A stretch of 62,360 nt of DNA, from assembly GCA_039714155.1 (NCBI GenBank), contig JBDLJX010000004.1:1-62360 (forward strand), in the 5' to 3' direction. Origin of the DNA: Pseudomonadota bacterium. Its GTDB lineage: Bacteria > Pseudomonadota > Gammaproteobacteria > UBA9214. Shown piece by piece: positions 28,575-38,246 of the stretch. Position 1 is the first letter of the stretch. Every line of letters begins with the position of its first letter. The position numbers were made by a program, and so were the translations under genes. The notes under the pieces were generated by a model that was not told the origin of the DNA, made no database searches, and saw nothing but the letters and a program-made list of their open reading frames with translations.

Positions 28575-30350
28575 CTAAGACTCGAAGGATATCAGGACCT
28601 CTTCGTCGCTGGCATTGCCCTGGTAGACCGTGAAGCTGTGCTTGCGCAGATCGGCCTTCAACGTTGCGGTGGCTTCCGGGTGCTGCCAGCAGATATGCAG
28701 CAGGTGGGGCTCGGTCTCGATGATCTCCATCTCGCCCTCGAATGCCGCTGAGGTGTTGCGCAACCGGATCAGCTCAAGCTGGTCCAGCACGACGGGGCGT
28801 TCAAGCCCTGCCTCGATGTCGGTCAATGTCAGAGTGGTGCGGTTGATCTCCTTGTGTTTCGCGGTATCCCCCTTGTCTGCCGCTGCGTAGTCGTTCTTGC
28901 CGGCAAACAGGTCCAGGTACCACACCTGCGGGACACCGGGGATGAACATCTGAATGGCGCGGGCCAGGCGCAGCTTTTGCTCATCCTCTCCCAGGGCGCT
29001 GAAGAAGGTCGCGTTGATCTGATAGTAGTCGATCTTCTTGCCGTCGGCACCGTACAGGTTCTTGGTCCGACCGCCCCGGTCGAGAATACGTTCCATGGCG
29101 GCTTCGATCTGTTCATCGTCCAGCAGGCCCGGTCGGTAGGTGCCGTCGACCTGCTTGCCCCTGAGGTCGAGCATCGGGATCCCGTCATGGCTGCCGAGCA
29201 TGTTGATGGTCTGCAGACCCCTGGCCTGGATATCAGCAGCCCAGCGCAACAGGGCCTCGTTGCTGCCCCGGTCCAGGGCGTCGATCACGAGTCCGGGAAA
29301 GAAGAAATCATAGATGGGGTAGCCTTCCTGTGCGATCTCTTCGTGGATGCCGGCGCCGTATTCGGCATGTATCTCGGGGAAGATGATCAGCTCATACTTC
29401 TTCGCGATCCCCCGCAAACGTTCCAGATACTCCCAGGTGCCCGGCCGATTGAAGAAGTTCGGCTGGCCAGGCTCCTTGTGCAGGTACGCGAATGCGTCGA
29501 GGCGAACAATCCTGGCGCCGTACTCACCGAGTTTTTTCAGTGTCTCGTCGTAGAACTCCCAGACCAGTTCGGAACAGGCGTTGATATCCATCTGCCCCAG
29601 GTAATCACGCTTGCGACAGACGGCCTCGATTACCTCGGCCTTGAGATGGCCAATATCTTCACGCTCGGCAAGGTCTTCCAGGTACTTTGGTTTCAGGCAG
29701 TCCTTGTCCTTGATGAGAATCTTGACGTGGTGCGCAAGGGTTGCTGCCACTTGTGAATCGATCCCTTCGATGTCCGCGAAATCCCGGACCGTTATCTCAT
29801 CGAAGTCCACTTTCTGATAAAAGGTGTTCCAGTACGTCTTGAGAGCGCCATCCGGAAAGCGCACCTTCAGTACCGGCAGACCTGGCTTTCTCATGAAGAG
29901 CTTATCCAGATGCTCTTTGTCCGGTACCAGCGTGCCGTCCTCTCCCAGGGTGCCGTGCCCGTCCCAGAACTCGTTCCAGTCGATGAAGAAATCCCGGTGG
30001 GGCGAATCATCACCGTGTAACAACATATCCTGGAATTGCGGCGAGCGCACGGACAGGTGATTGAGTACCATGTCGAACTTGATCATGATGCCAAGCTCGT
30101 TCAGTTCGTCCAGGTCCCGGGGGCTAACGAGCGCTTCGTTGATGTTGTAATCGATGATGGAAAAGCCGCGATCCAGGTCGCTGTTGAAAAAGGTGGGAAG
30201 GATGTAGAACAGCGAAAAGACATCCCTGAATTCGGGCCTTTTGAGTAATTCCACCGTGTCTGCCAGTCTTTCGCCAATGCTGTCAGGGTAGGCGTTCAGC
30301 ATAACCCCTCTGGGCAGGATTTGTGCGATGGAGCCTGGATCTTTGTTCAT
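28575..30350 (-). CDS. GH13_18 sucrose-phosphorylase-family glycoside phosphorylase
   Basis: LNAYPDSIG; DRGF; nucleophile RLDAFAY; acid/base PEIH; SHDGI; YYQINATFFSAL; INR. Confidence 0.88.
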   Translation of the reverse strand: MNKDPGSIAQILPRGVMLNAYPDSIGERLADTVELLKRPEFRDVFSLFYILPTFFNSDLDRGFSIIDYNINEALVSPRDLDELNELGIMIKFDMVLNHLSVRSPQFQDMLLHGDDSPHRDFFIDWNEFWDGHGTLGEDGTLVPDKEHLDKLFMRKPGLPVLKVRFPDGALKTYWNTFYQKVDFDEITVRDFADIEGIDSQVAATLAHHVKILIKDKDCLKPKYLEDLAEREDIGHLKAEVIEAVCRKRDYLGQMDINACSELVWEFYDETLKKLGEYGARIVRLDAFAYLHKEPGQPNFFNRPGTWEYLERLRGIAKKYELIIFPEIHAEYGAGIHEEIAQEGYPIYDFFFPGLVIDALDRGSNEALLRWAADIQARGLQTINMLGSHDGIPMLDLRGKQVDGTYRPGLLDDEQIEAAMERILDRGGRTKNLYGADGKKIDYYQINATFFSALGEDEQKLRLARAIQMFIPGVPQVWYLDLFAGKNDYAAADKGDTAKHKEINRTTLTLTDIEAGLERPVVLDQLELIRLRNTSAAFEGEMEIIETEPHLLHICWQHPEATATLKADLRKHSFTVYQGNASDEEVLISFES

Positions 30351-30775
30351 GACGTATCCTTCTTGCTGTTCCAAGCGCATCCGCCAGCCTCGTGTGGGTA
30401 AGCGAACGACGCAGAGAGGAGATTCTCAATACAATACAGCCTGATGCCCAAGCAGTCCAAGCTGAAATCATCGTCAAACGGAACGAACGGCGTCCCAAGG
30501 TTTCACATATAGCACACAAGGCCATTTATTCGCCTTTTTCGTTCACCCTCATACCCTACTCGCTGACTTGTCTATATTGCTAATCTCCACATTGCGCGGA
30601 TCAGTTTCTCAACACTGTCATCGGATTAGGTACTTGGTAAGGACTCCCTGAAACGAAGGAGACGTGTTGGATGAAAAACATAATTGAGTAAACATGTTGT
30701 AATATCACGTCAGGTTCCCTCCGAGTCTGGAAACCAGGATCACGATGCAGGAGCAATTCACAAGAGATACCTGAA

Positions 30776-31546
30776 ATGAGATATGTGCCTTATTGTTTTT
30801 ATCTGGCCATGCTGTTTCTTTCACTCACTTCCGTGGCATCCAGTAACGAGACAGTTACCTTTCCATCCGAAGATGGGTTGTTGATAACTGCGGATATCCA
30901 TGCGCCATATAAAAACGGTGAGGCCCCGATAATCGTGCTGTTTCACCAGGCCGGCGGGAGCCGGGGTGAATACGTGGAAATCGTCCCCTGGCTGAATACG
31001 CTGGGCTATAACTGCATGGCAGTCGATCAGCGCTCTGGTGACTATGTCAGGGGGATTGAAAATGAGACCGCGTCGAGGGCGGCACAGGAAAACAGGCTGA
31101 CGGGCTATATTGATGCCTTGCCCGACATTAATGCCGCACTGGCCTATGCACGCCGGCATTACGGGAAAGACGGTGTCATTGCCTGGGGAAGTTCGTATTC
31201 TGCTGCGCTTGTCCTGAAGGTTGCCGGCGATTCCTCCGGACTGGTTGATGGTGTGCTGGCATTCTCTCCGGGCGAATATTTCGAGCGTGCAGGGGAATCA
31301 GAAATCTGGATACAGACATCAGCTCAACACATCACCGTCCCTGTCTTTATCACCTCGTCCCGCAACGAAGCAGATAAGTGGGCCGCTATCTTCGCGGCTA
31401 TCGAATCCGGTAACAAGACATCATTTATTCCGGTAACAGATGGGCGGCACGGTTCCCGTGCCTTGTGGAAAAAATACCCGGACAGTGATGCCTACCTGGA
31501 TGCGGTACAGGTCTTTCTTGAACGGTATTTCCCGGTCAGCAAGTAA
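30776..31546 (+). CDS. Exported alpha/beta hydrolase (dienelactone-hydrolase-like)
   Basis: Signal peptide; LFHQAG; VDQRSG; WGSSYS nucleophile elbow; HGSRALW. Confidence 0.82.
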   Translation: MRYVPYCFYLAMLFLSLTSVASSNETVTFPSEDGLLITADIHAPYKNGEAPIIVLFHQAGGSRGEYVEIVPWLNTLGYNCMAVDQRSGDYVRGIENETASRAAQENRLTGYIDALPDINAALAYARRHYGKDGVIAWGSSYSAALVLKVAGDSSGLVDGVLAFSPGEYFERAGESEIWIQTSAQHITVPVFITSSRNEADKWAAIFAAIESGNKTSFIPVTDGRHGSRALWKKYPDSDAYLDAVQVFLERYFPVSK

Positions 31547-31563
31547 TCATTCACTCAGGCCAA

Positions 31564-31595
31564 CAAAAAGGGCCGGAGATCCCGGCCCTTTTTTG
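31564..31595 (+). terminator. Rho-independent terminator
   Basis: CAAAAAGGGCCGG AGATC CCGGCCCTTTTTTG. Confidence 0.85.
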
Positions 31596-31750
31596 AAGTA
31601 GGAATATAAGCTCAATCATGCAACATGGAATAACAAAGCCAATATGGTTTTGCATCTCTACTCTCTTTATTTCGATATATCCTGGTGGTTGCTTTCCACT
31701 GCCCGTAGATAGCGACCAACCAGAATATTCAATCCAACCAGCACTAGACG

Positions 31751-31792
31751 TGGTAGGGTCGAGAGCTGGCGCGGTAGCTCTCGACCCTACCA
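31751..31792. repeat. Perfect 17-bp stem hairpin, GTAG REP-like
   Basis: TGGTAGGGTCGAGAGCT ... AGCTCTCGACCCTACCA. Confidence 0.65.
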
Positions 31793-31858
31793 CCATTAAA
31801 TAACTACAAATCCCGAGGTGGCTTTCCTGCCCTGGCAGTTCCACACGAAGTACTTGAT

Positions 31859-31878
31859 TATACCGAACGTTCGGTATA
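31859..31878. promoter_or_regulatory. Putative TetR operator 1
   Basis: Perfect palindrome TATACCGAACGTTCGGTATA, 30 bp upstream of the TetR gene. Confidence 0.75.
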
Positions 31879-31908
31879 TACTATATCCAAGCCATCAGGA
31901 ATACCACG

Positions 31909-32478
31909 ATGCCCCTGAATAAAGTAAGCGACCAACACCTGTTAGACCAGTTACTGGAGGTCTTCCGCGTCCACGGCTACGAAGGGGCCAGTCTCAGCCT
32001 GATGTCGGAAGCAACCGGACTCAAGCGCGCCAGCCTCTACCACCGCTTCCCCGGGGGCAAGGAAGAAATGGCCAGGTCGATACTCGAGCATGCGGATGAA
32101 TTGTTTGCCAGTGAAATCCTGGCGCCGTTGAATGCGTCCGGTGACCCGAAAGCGCGCATTCGTTCCATGGCAAAACGCCTTGATGAGTTTTACCAGGGTG
32201 GCCGGGGCTCCTGCCTGCTGGACACCCTGTCCCTCGGCGACTCGAACCCGGGACTCCTGACGGGAATTCAAGCCTCCATAGAAGCCTGGACGGATGCGAT
32301 GGCTGGCATCGCCCGCGAGGCAGGGCTGTCCTCCACCAAGGCACGGCGGCGTGCCGAAGATTCCCTGGTGCAGATTCAGGGATCACTGGTGGTCGCCCGA
32401 ATCACGGGTGACCCGGCGCCGTTTACCCGCACGCTCAAGGCGCTTCCTGCACTACTCACGGATCCCAACTCCCACTGA
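31909..32478 (+). CDS. TetR/AcrR family regulator
   Basis: FRVHGYEGASL...ATGLKRASLYHRFPGGKEE HTH. Confidence 0.93.
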   Translation: MPLNKVSDQHLLDQLLEVFRVHGYEGASLSLMSEATGLKRASLYHRFPGGKEEMARSILEHADELFASEILAPLNASGDPKARIRSMAKRLDEFYQGGRGSCLLDTLSLGDSNPGLLTGIQASIEAWTDAMAGIAREAGLSSTKARRRAEDSLVQIQGSLVVARITGDPAPFTRTLKALPALLTDPNSH

Positions 32479-32525
32479 CTGGATAGAACGATGAAACCAA
32501 CCGCTACATTCTTTGTCCCAAGCAG

Positions 32526-32545
32526 TGTACCGGACGTTCGGTACA
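32526..32545. promoter_or_regulatory. Putative TetR operator 2
   Basis: TGTACCGGACGTTCGGTACA, a near copy of operator 1, upstream of the DsrE-like gene. Confidence 0.72.
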
Positions 32546-32578
32546 TTTTCCAACGTTTCCCCACAGGAGGAACACGCC

Positions 32579-32953
32579 ATGAAAGCAGCAATTGTAATAT
32601 TATCAGACCCGAAGTCCGGTTCCGAGGAAGCCCTCGGCCGGGTATTTAATGCCCTGGCCGTCGCTTATGACTACCAGCAAAACGGAGATGAAGTTACCAT
32701 CCAGTTCCAGGGTGCCGGTTCACGCTGGATCGCCGAGCTCACCCAGCCAGATCACCCTGCCCATGGGTTGTTCGACGCGGTCAAAGATCAGGTCAGGGGC
32801 GTGTCCTGTGGTTGCGCCGATGTCTTTGGTGCCACCGAGGAGGTCGAAAATGCAGGGTTCGAACTGATTAAGGATAATCCTGTGCCGGATACCACGGGAC
32901 TTGCGAGCCTGCGCAGCCTGGTTAATGATGGTTACACCGTGCTGTCCTTTTGA
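32579..32953 (+). CDS. DsrE-like small protein
   Basis: GRVFNALA; VTIQFQGAG; SCGCADVFG; LVNDGYTVLSF; AGGAGG RBS. Confidence 0.75.
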   Translation: MKAAIVILSDPKSGSEEALGRVFNALAVAYDYQQNGDEVTIQFQGAGSRWIAELTQPDHPAHGLFDAVKDQVRGVSCGCADVFGATEEVENAGFELIKDNPVPDTTGLASLRSLVNDGYTVLSF

Positions 32954-33031
32954 ACGGTTCAGGCACAAGCGGCCGGAGGTGCTTGCAAGCGCCTCCGGTA
33001 CCCTGGCTTCCCATGATACTGGAGGCAACCG

Positions 33032-33961
33032 ATGAAGATCCAGGAGCCCTTTCACGAAGGTGAACTGGAGGTACAGAAACGTCTGGGCCTCCACACCGAA
33101 GCCAAACAGAATTCAGGCGTCATTACGGACTCGATCGTAAAAGGCGCCTTTCGATTCATCGAACAACAGCGCATGGCTGTCCTGGGTAGTATCGATCAGA
33201 ATGAAAATGTCTGGGCCTCGGTCCTTGTCGGACAGGACGGGTTCATGCAAGCCGCAACCGAGCAGTTGCTCACGTTCGACCTGTCGAAAATAACCGGCAA
33301 CGAACACGACCCGTTCTGGAAGAATATTAAAAGTCAGCCCCAGGTCGGGATGCTCGTCATTGAGCTTGCCACTCGCCGGCGGCTACGTGTGAACGGAAGC
33401 ATCCGGCGTAGCGGCGAACAGCAATTGGAGTTCGAGGTTCTGGAATCCTATCCGAACTGTCCAAAATATATTCAAAGACGCGAGGCCACAATAACGCCGG
33501 CCGGAGGCCGTATTGCAACGTCGCAGGTACTTAAAGGAGATGCGCTCGGCGCCCCGCAACAAGCCATTATCAACCAGGCTGACACGCTTTTTGTCGCAAG
33601 CGCCCACCCCGAGCGAGGTGTGGACGCCTCGCATAGAGGCGGTAACCCGGGATTTGTCCGTATCGTGGACGGCCGTACGCTACGCATCCCCGACTACACG
33701 GGTAATTGCATGTTCAATACCTTGGGAAACTTTATCTCGAACCCCCGTGCGGGCCTTGTGTTTGTCAACTTCGAGAATGGCACCACCCTGCAACTCACTG
33801 GTCGCGCAAAAATCCTGTGGGACGAGGAAGACCCGGAGGACGAAACCGGCGGCACGAAGCGCTTTTGGGAATTTCACATCGACCGTTGGTTGGAAATCGA
33901 AAACGGCCATGCACTGGAATGGTCTTTTCAGGACTATTCGCCGTACAACCCTGGTAAGTGA
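33032..33961 (+). CDS. Pyridoxamine 5'-phosphate oxidase family flavin-binding protein (tandem domains)
   Basis: FHEGE; RRRLRVNG; NCPKYIQ; DASHRGG.PGF; PDYTGN.MFNTLGN. Confidence 0.88.
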   Translation: MKIQEPFHEGELEVQKRLGLHTEAKQNSGVITDSIVKGAFRFIEQQRMAVLGSIDQNENVWASVLVGQDGFMQAATEQLLTFDLSKITGNEHDPFWKNIKSQPQVGMLVIELATRRRLRVNGSIRRSGEQQLEFEVLESYPNCPKYIQRREATITPAGGRIATSQVLKGDALGAPQQAIINQADTLFVASAHPERGVDASHRGGNPGFVRIVDGRTLRIPDYTGNCMFNTLGNFISNPRAGLVFVNFENGTTLQLTGRAKILWDEEDPEDETGGTKRFWEFHIDRWLEIENGHALEWSFQDYSPYNPGK

Positions 33962-33991
33962 TGTGAGTGCGTGTCAAGCCATGGAAGCATC

Positions 33992-34945
33992 ATGGAACTG
34001 AAGGTAACCCGTATTCATAACGAAACACCGTCGATCAAGGCCTTCGAGCTGGCAGCACCGGATGGCAGCGAACTTCCATCCTTTACGGCCGGTGCGCATA
34101 TTGATGTGGATGTTGACCTGCCCGACGGGTCGCGTGGCAGACGTTCCTATTCCCTGGCCAGTGACCCGGCTGACCCGTCCCGCTATGAGATCGCAGTGCT
34201 GCATTTGCCTGATGGAAACGGGGGCTCCGCCTACATGCACAGTCAGGTGTCCGAGGGCCAGGTGCTTTCGTGTTCGCAACCTGTTAATGAATTCGCGATC
34301 AGCAAAAGTGCTGATGAACATATACTTATCGCCGGCGGCGTCGGCATTACACCGATACTGGCCATGACGTATGCACTGCGATCCAGGGGCGCTGACTTCC
34401 AACTGCATTATGCCGCACGCACCGAAGACCATATGGCCTTTCGGGAACTGGCCCGGCAGCTGGCCGGTAACGGTTTCCATGCCTATTTCAGTCAATCCCC
34501 GAATCCGAATCCGATGGACCTGGCGAATCTCCTTGGTGAGCCGCGGCCCGGTCGGCACACGTATGTCTGTGGACCGGGGAGATTGATGCAAGCGGTAATC
34601 GCTACCGCACAACAACTCGGCTGGTCCGATGACCGGTTGCACAGAGAAAGTTTCGGGGCGCGGTCTGAGCCATCAGACAGGACGATCGAGGTGGAACTGT
34701 CACTGTCCGGAATGATCGTACGAGTTGAGCCAGGAACGACAATCCTGGACGCGCTGATTGATGCCGGCGCCTTCGTGGCCTACGAGTGCAAGCGTGGCGA
34801 GTGTGGAACATGCCAGTCACGCGTTCTCGAAGGCGATCCGATTCACCGCGATGTCTCGCTTACCGAACGCCAGCGTAACGAAGAAAAATTGATGTGTACC
34901 TGTGTCTCGTGGGCGCGCACAGAGCGTCTCGTCCTGGAGGCCTGA
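33992..34945 (+). CDS. PDR/VanB family oxidoreductase (FMN, NAD, 2Fe-2S)
   Basis: RSYSL; GGSAYMH; AGGVGITP; YVCGP; CKRGECGTC...CTCVS. Confidence 0.92.
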   Translation: MELKVTRIHNETPSIKAFELAAPDGSELPSFTAGAHIDVDVDLPDGSRGRRSYSLASDPADPSRYEIAVLHLPDGNGGSAYMHSQVSEGQVLSCSQPVNEFAISKSADEHILIAGGVGITPILAMTYALRSRGADFQLHYAARTEDHMAFRELARQLAGNGFHAYFSQSPNPNPMDLANLLGEPRPGRHTYVCGPGRLMQAVIATAQQLGWSDDRLHRESFGARSEPSDRTIEVELSLSGMIVRVEPGTTILDALIDAGAFVAYECKRGECGTCQSRVLEGDPIHRDVSLTERQRNEEKLMCTCVSWARTERLVLEA

Positions 34946-35003
34946 CAATGTGCCTCTCCAGATTGAATTTCCGCTATGCACATGGTCTCCAGGTGCTAAG
35001 CAT

Positions 35004-35369
35004 ATGAGAAATCCGTTTGGATTCTTTGTTGAACTAATGAAACAGCCGGTATGGATACCCGTCTGGGTGTTCTACCTGATGCTCATAAACATTGCGAGTG
35101 TGATTTATTGGTCTGAGCCGTTGGCAAAACTCATCCTTATTACATTTATGGTTTCAGCGATGCTGATGATGGGCCTGTATTCCAGGTTTGGATTTGAAAA
35201 AGTTCTTGGCCTGGGCCACATATTCTGGGTTCCGTTGCTGGCTTATATTCTGATAAAGCTTCCGACTTTTGGATCCTCGTTTAAGAGCTACCTGGTAGTT
35301 TTTTCCATCTCAATAGCCATCTCATTGGTGTTCGATATTGCTGATGTATGGAAATACCTGAAAAAATAA
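35004..35369 (+). CDS. Hypothetical membrane protein
   Basis: About 4 TM helices; LGLGHIFWVPL. Confidence 0.7.
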   Translation: MRNPFGFFVELMKQPVWIPVWVFYLMLINIASVIYWSEPLAKLILITFMVSAMLMMGLYSRFGFEKVLGLGHIFWVPLLAYILIKLPTFGSSFKSYLVVFSISIAISLVFDIADVWKYLKK

Positions 35370-35464
35370 CTCCAAACAACGCATTAGTGGTCGGCCGGAG
35401 TGATTTAACACGCTTATGGCGTTATTCGCGAATTAGTAGCCTTCACCTCGAGCGAAACAACCAG

Positions 35465-35567
35465 AGCGGAAGGATCGTAGGATATGGGTCATTGCACGAT
35501 CAAATTTTCCGTAATATTGTCTGATAACAATCACATACGGTTCGTTTGAATAATTGCACCATACGGG
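35465..35567 (-). mobile_element. IS end remnant (family 2)
   Basis: About 100 bp similar to 61510-61613, ending TGCACCATACGGG. Confidence 0.7.
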
Positions 35568-35636
35568 TTTTAACCGGGGCGGTGTTTCGCGATAATGCCC
35601 ACTCCGATAACACGAGCACTAGAGGCAGGTGTTGCC

Positions 35637-36245
35637 ATGGCGATGCAGGATGAGATGACTAACTGGAAAGGGAAACTGGCCTCCTACCGTAGTGAGGTAT
35701 TGATGGTGTTGGTCGTTATCCTTACCGCCATCGCCATTTGGATGGTGCCGGCTGACAAGGAAGAGGCGCCGCCGTCCCTGCCTCAGCTACCTGCACTCCG
35801 GCCGGAGGTGGAGCGCCCGCCGTCAGCTGCGGAGGTCGAAGGCGCCGCAGCGCTCCGGGGAGGCGACCGGGCGCGGGTCTTCATTGCCAGATTGCGTGCC
35901 GACAGCGCTGAGCCCGATGCGGGCGTGGTGTTTGCCGAGGCCGAACGACTGCAGAGCGAAGGTAATCTGGATGATGCCTACCTGCTGTATCGTTTCGCCG
36001 CACGCCAGGGCCATGCACAAGCTGCCCTGATCGTCGGGACGCTGGCCGATCCGGCCTACCACACTGCTACCCGTAGTTACTTGCCAGAGCCGAAACCCGA
36101 GCAGGCCTACAAGTGGTATAGCGTGGCGGCCGCTGCCGGCAACGAGGAGGCTGAGCTGCGTCTGCATAATCTGCGCAATCAAGTACAGCAGGCTGCCACG
36201 GCCGGAGACGAGCAGGCCCAGCGTCTGATGCTTCAATGGCGATAA
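35637..36245 (+). CDS. Membrane-anchored Sel1-like repeat protein
   Basis: N-terminal TM, Pro-rich linker, AARQGHAQAA and AYKWYSVAAAAGNEEA repeats; start uncertain (35595 or 35637). Confidence 0.78.
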   Translation: MAMQDEMTNWKGKLASYRSEVLMVLVVILTAIAIWMVPADKEEAPPSLPQLPALRPEVERPPSAAEVEGAAALRGGDRARVFIARLRADSAEPDAGVVFAEAERLQSEGNLDDAYLLYRFAARQGHAQAALIVGTLADPAYHTATRSYLPEPKPEQAYKWYSVAAAAGNEEAELRLHNLRNQVQQAATAGDEQAQRLMLQWR

Positions 36246-36265
36246 ACATACAGGAGATTGAGATT

Positions 36266-38224
36266 ATGAAAAATATTTTGCTTGCGTTGATCATCATCTT
36301 GATGTCTGGGCCGGGGATGGCTGCCGCACCGGCCAGCGGAAGTGACAAGCCGCTGCTGATGGAGGGCAAACGCAGTCTTTACCAGCGTGTGCTGACAGTG
36401 CCCGGTGCCCGGCTCTTCACCAAGCCCGGTGCGCAAGGGCGCGCAGCGGTGGAGCCCTTTACGGCCTTCTACGTCTATACACGCCGCGCGCATGGTGGCA
36501 GTGACTGGGTCGAGGTCGGAACGGATCGTCACGGTACCCGTGCAGGCTGGTTGCCCGTTGCCGATGCCATCGAGTGGAACCACGGGCTCACAGCGGCCTT
36601 CCGTGACCCGGCAAATCACGACCGGGTGCTCCTCTTCGAGGACAGCGATTCCCTGCACCAGCTCGCACAGCAGCATGATCTTGAGGTGTATGAGCGGCTC
36701 TACGGCGAGGCGGTGCACGGTCAGCTTTCTGCAGACTCGCCAGTGGTCGCTATTCAGCCGCCCGGTTACATCGACATCCGGGAGGATTTCTATCTGGTTC
36801 CAATTCATCGGTACGAGGATGTTTATCTGGGGAGCGAGAAGGCGCGTCTGTTGCAGGTATCGAGCGTTCCGATGACCCGCGGGCAGGACGCGGCCGGCAC
36901 GGGCCTTGTCCGCATGCAGGACTACACGGCCGGGCTGGTGTTTGTCATCGACTCCACCCTGTCGATGGAGCCCTACATCGACCGAACCCGGCAAGCGGTG
37001 AGGACGATCTACGACACCCTGGACGATGCCGACCTGCTTGGTCAGGTGAACTTCGGGCTGGTCACCTATCGCGATAACGTGGCCGCGGCACCCGGACTGG
37101 GCTACCTCGTGCGCACCCACGTCAATCTGGATGAGGGCCGCGATGCGGCCGGCTTCCTCTCCCGGGTGAAATCGCTGCAAGAGGCCCGGGTCTCGAGCCG
37201 GGACTTCACCGAGGACGCCTATGCCGGTGTTAGACAGGCTATCGAGGATGTGAACTGGTCGGATCACGAGGCCCGCTATATCGTGCTGGTAACCGATGCC
37301 GGGGCGCGCGAGGCAGATGACCCGCTTGCCAGCACCGGCATGGGTGCCGATACCCTGCGGCAGTTGGCCCAGAGCAAGGGTATCGCCATCTTCGTGCTGC
37401 ATTTGTTAACAGCGGCCACCATGCCGGACCATGAAACGGACGCCGAACAATATCGCGCCCTTGCGGATTTCCCGGGCATCGGTAGCCTGTACTACGGTGT
37501 CCCAACCGGCAATGTCCAGGAGTTCGGCAAGGTACTCGATGCACTGGCCGGTCAGATCACCGAGCAGGTACGGCTGGCTGCCGCAAACCATGATCTGCCG
37601 GCACCTGTGCCCGCAAGTGATGATGCGCAGCTGGCCGAACTGCAGGCCAAGGTGGCGAAGCTGGGCTATGCGCTGCGTATGCGTTACCTGCAGAAGACCG
37701 AGGGCGGTCAGGTTCCCAGAGTGTTCAATGCCTGGATCTTGGACCATGATTTCCGCAATCCCGAACGTACCACCCTGGATGTAAGAGTGCTGCTCACCCG
37801 CGACCAGTTGTCGGACCTGAACGACGTGCTTACGCAGGTGCTCAACACGGCAGAGGAGGGTCTGCTGTCACCACAGAACTTCCTTAACGAGTTGAAGAGT
37901 CTCGCGGCGACTGTATCCCGTGACCCCGGGCAGCTGGGAACCACGACGGCCACCACCGCGGGGCAGGGCAACAGTCTGGCAGATCTGGGCTTCATGCGGG
38001 AGTACATCGAGGATCTTCCCTATACCGGAGAGGTGATGAAGCTGTCGCTGGATGACTGGCAGAGCTGGTCTACAAAACGGCAAGTTGCATTCCTCAACCG
38101 CCTGGAAGAAAAGGTCAGCTACTATCGTGCACTGCACGATCATACCGATCTCTGGGTGAGCCTGGATGGCGGAGCGGTCAGCGGTGACTCGGTCTTCCCC
38201 GTGCCGCTCGAACTCTTGCCGTGA
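36266..38224 (+). CDS. Exported vWA protein resembling the periplasmic C-terminal region of PpkA; no kinase domain
   Basis: Signal peptide; PLLMEGKRSLYQRVLT; FVIDSTLSMEPYI; GLVTYRD; VLLTRDQLSDL; C-terminal VPLELLP. Confidence 0.8.
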   Translation: MKNILLALIIILMSGPGMAAAPASGSDKPLLMEGKRSLYQRVLTVPGARLFTKPGAQGRAAVEPFTAFYVYTRRAHGGSDWVEVGTDRHGTRAGWLPVADAIEWNHGLTAAFRDPANHDRVLLFEDSDSLHQLAQQHDLEVYERLYGEAVHGQLSADSPVVAIQPPGYIDIREDFYLVPIHRYEDVYLGSEKARLLQVSSVPMTRGQDAAGTGLVRMQDYTAGLVFVIDSTLSMEPYIDRTRQAVRTIYDTLDDADLLGQVNFGLVTYRDNVAAAPGLGYLVRTHVNLDEGRDAAGFLSRVKSLQEARVSSRDFTEDAYAGVRQAIEDVNWSDHEARYIVLVTDAGAREADDPLASTGMGADTLRQLAQSKGIAIFVLHLLTAATMPDHETDAEQYRALADFPGIGSLYYGVPTGNVQEFGKVLDALAGQITEQVRLAAANHDLPAPVPASDDAQLAELQAKVAKLGYALRMRYLQKTEGGQVPRVFNAWILDHDFRNPERTTLDVRVLLTRDQLSDLNDVLTQVLNTAEEGLLSPQNFLNELKSLAATVSRDPGQLGTTTATTAGQGNSLADLGFMREYIEDLPYTGEVMKLSLDDWQSWSTKRQVAFLNRLEEKVSYYRALHDHTDLWVSLDGGAVSGDSVFPVPLELLP

Positions 38225-38246
38225 TACCGGCCGCCCACTGGACGAC

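Noticed and set aside
31551-31844. Small ORFs on both strands
   Set aside because: They overlap a terminator and a REP hairpin; no RBS or motif support
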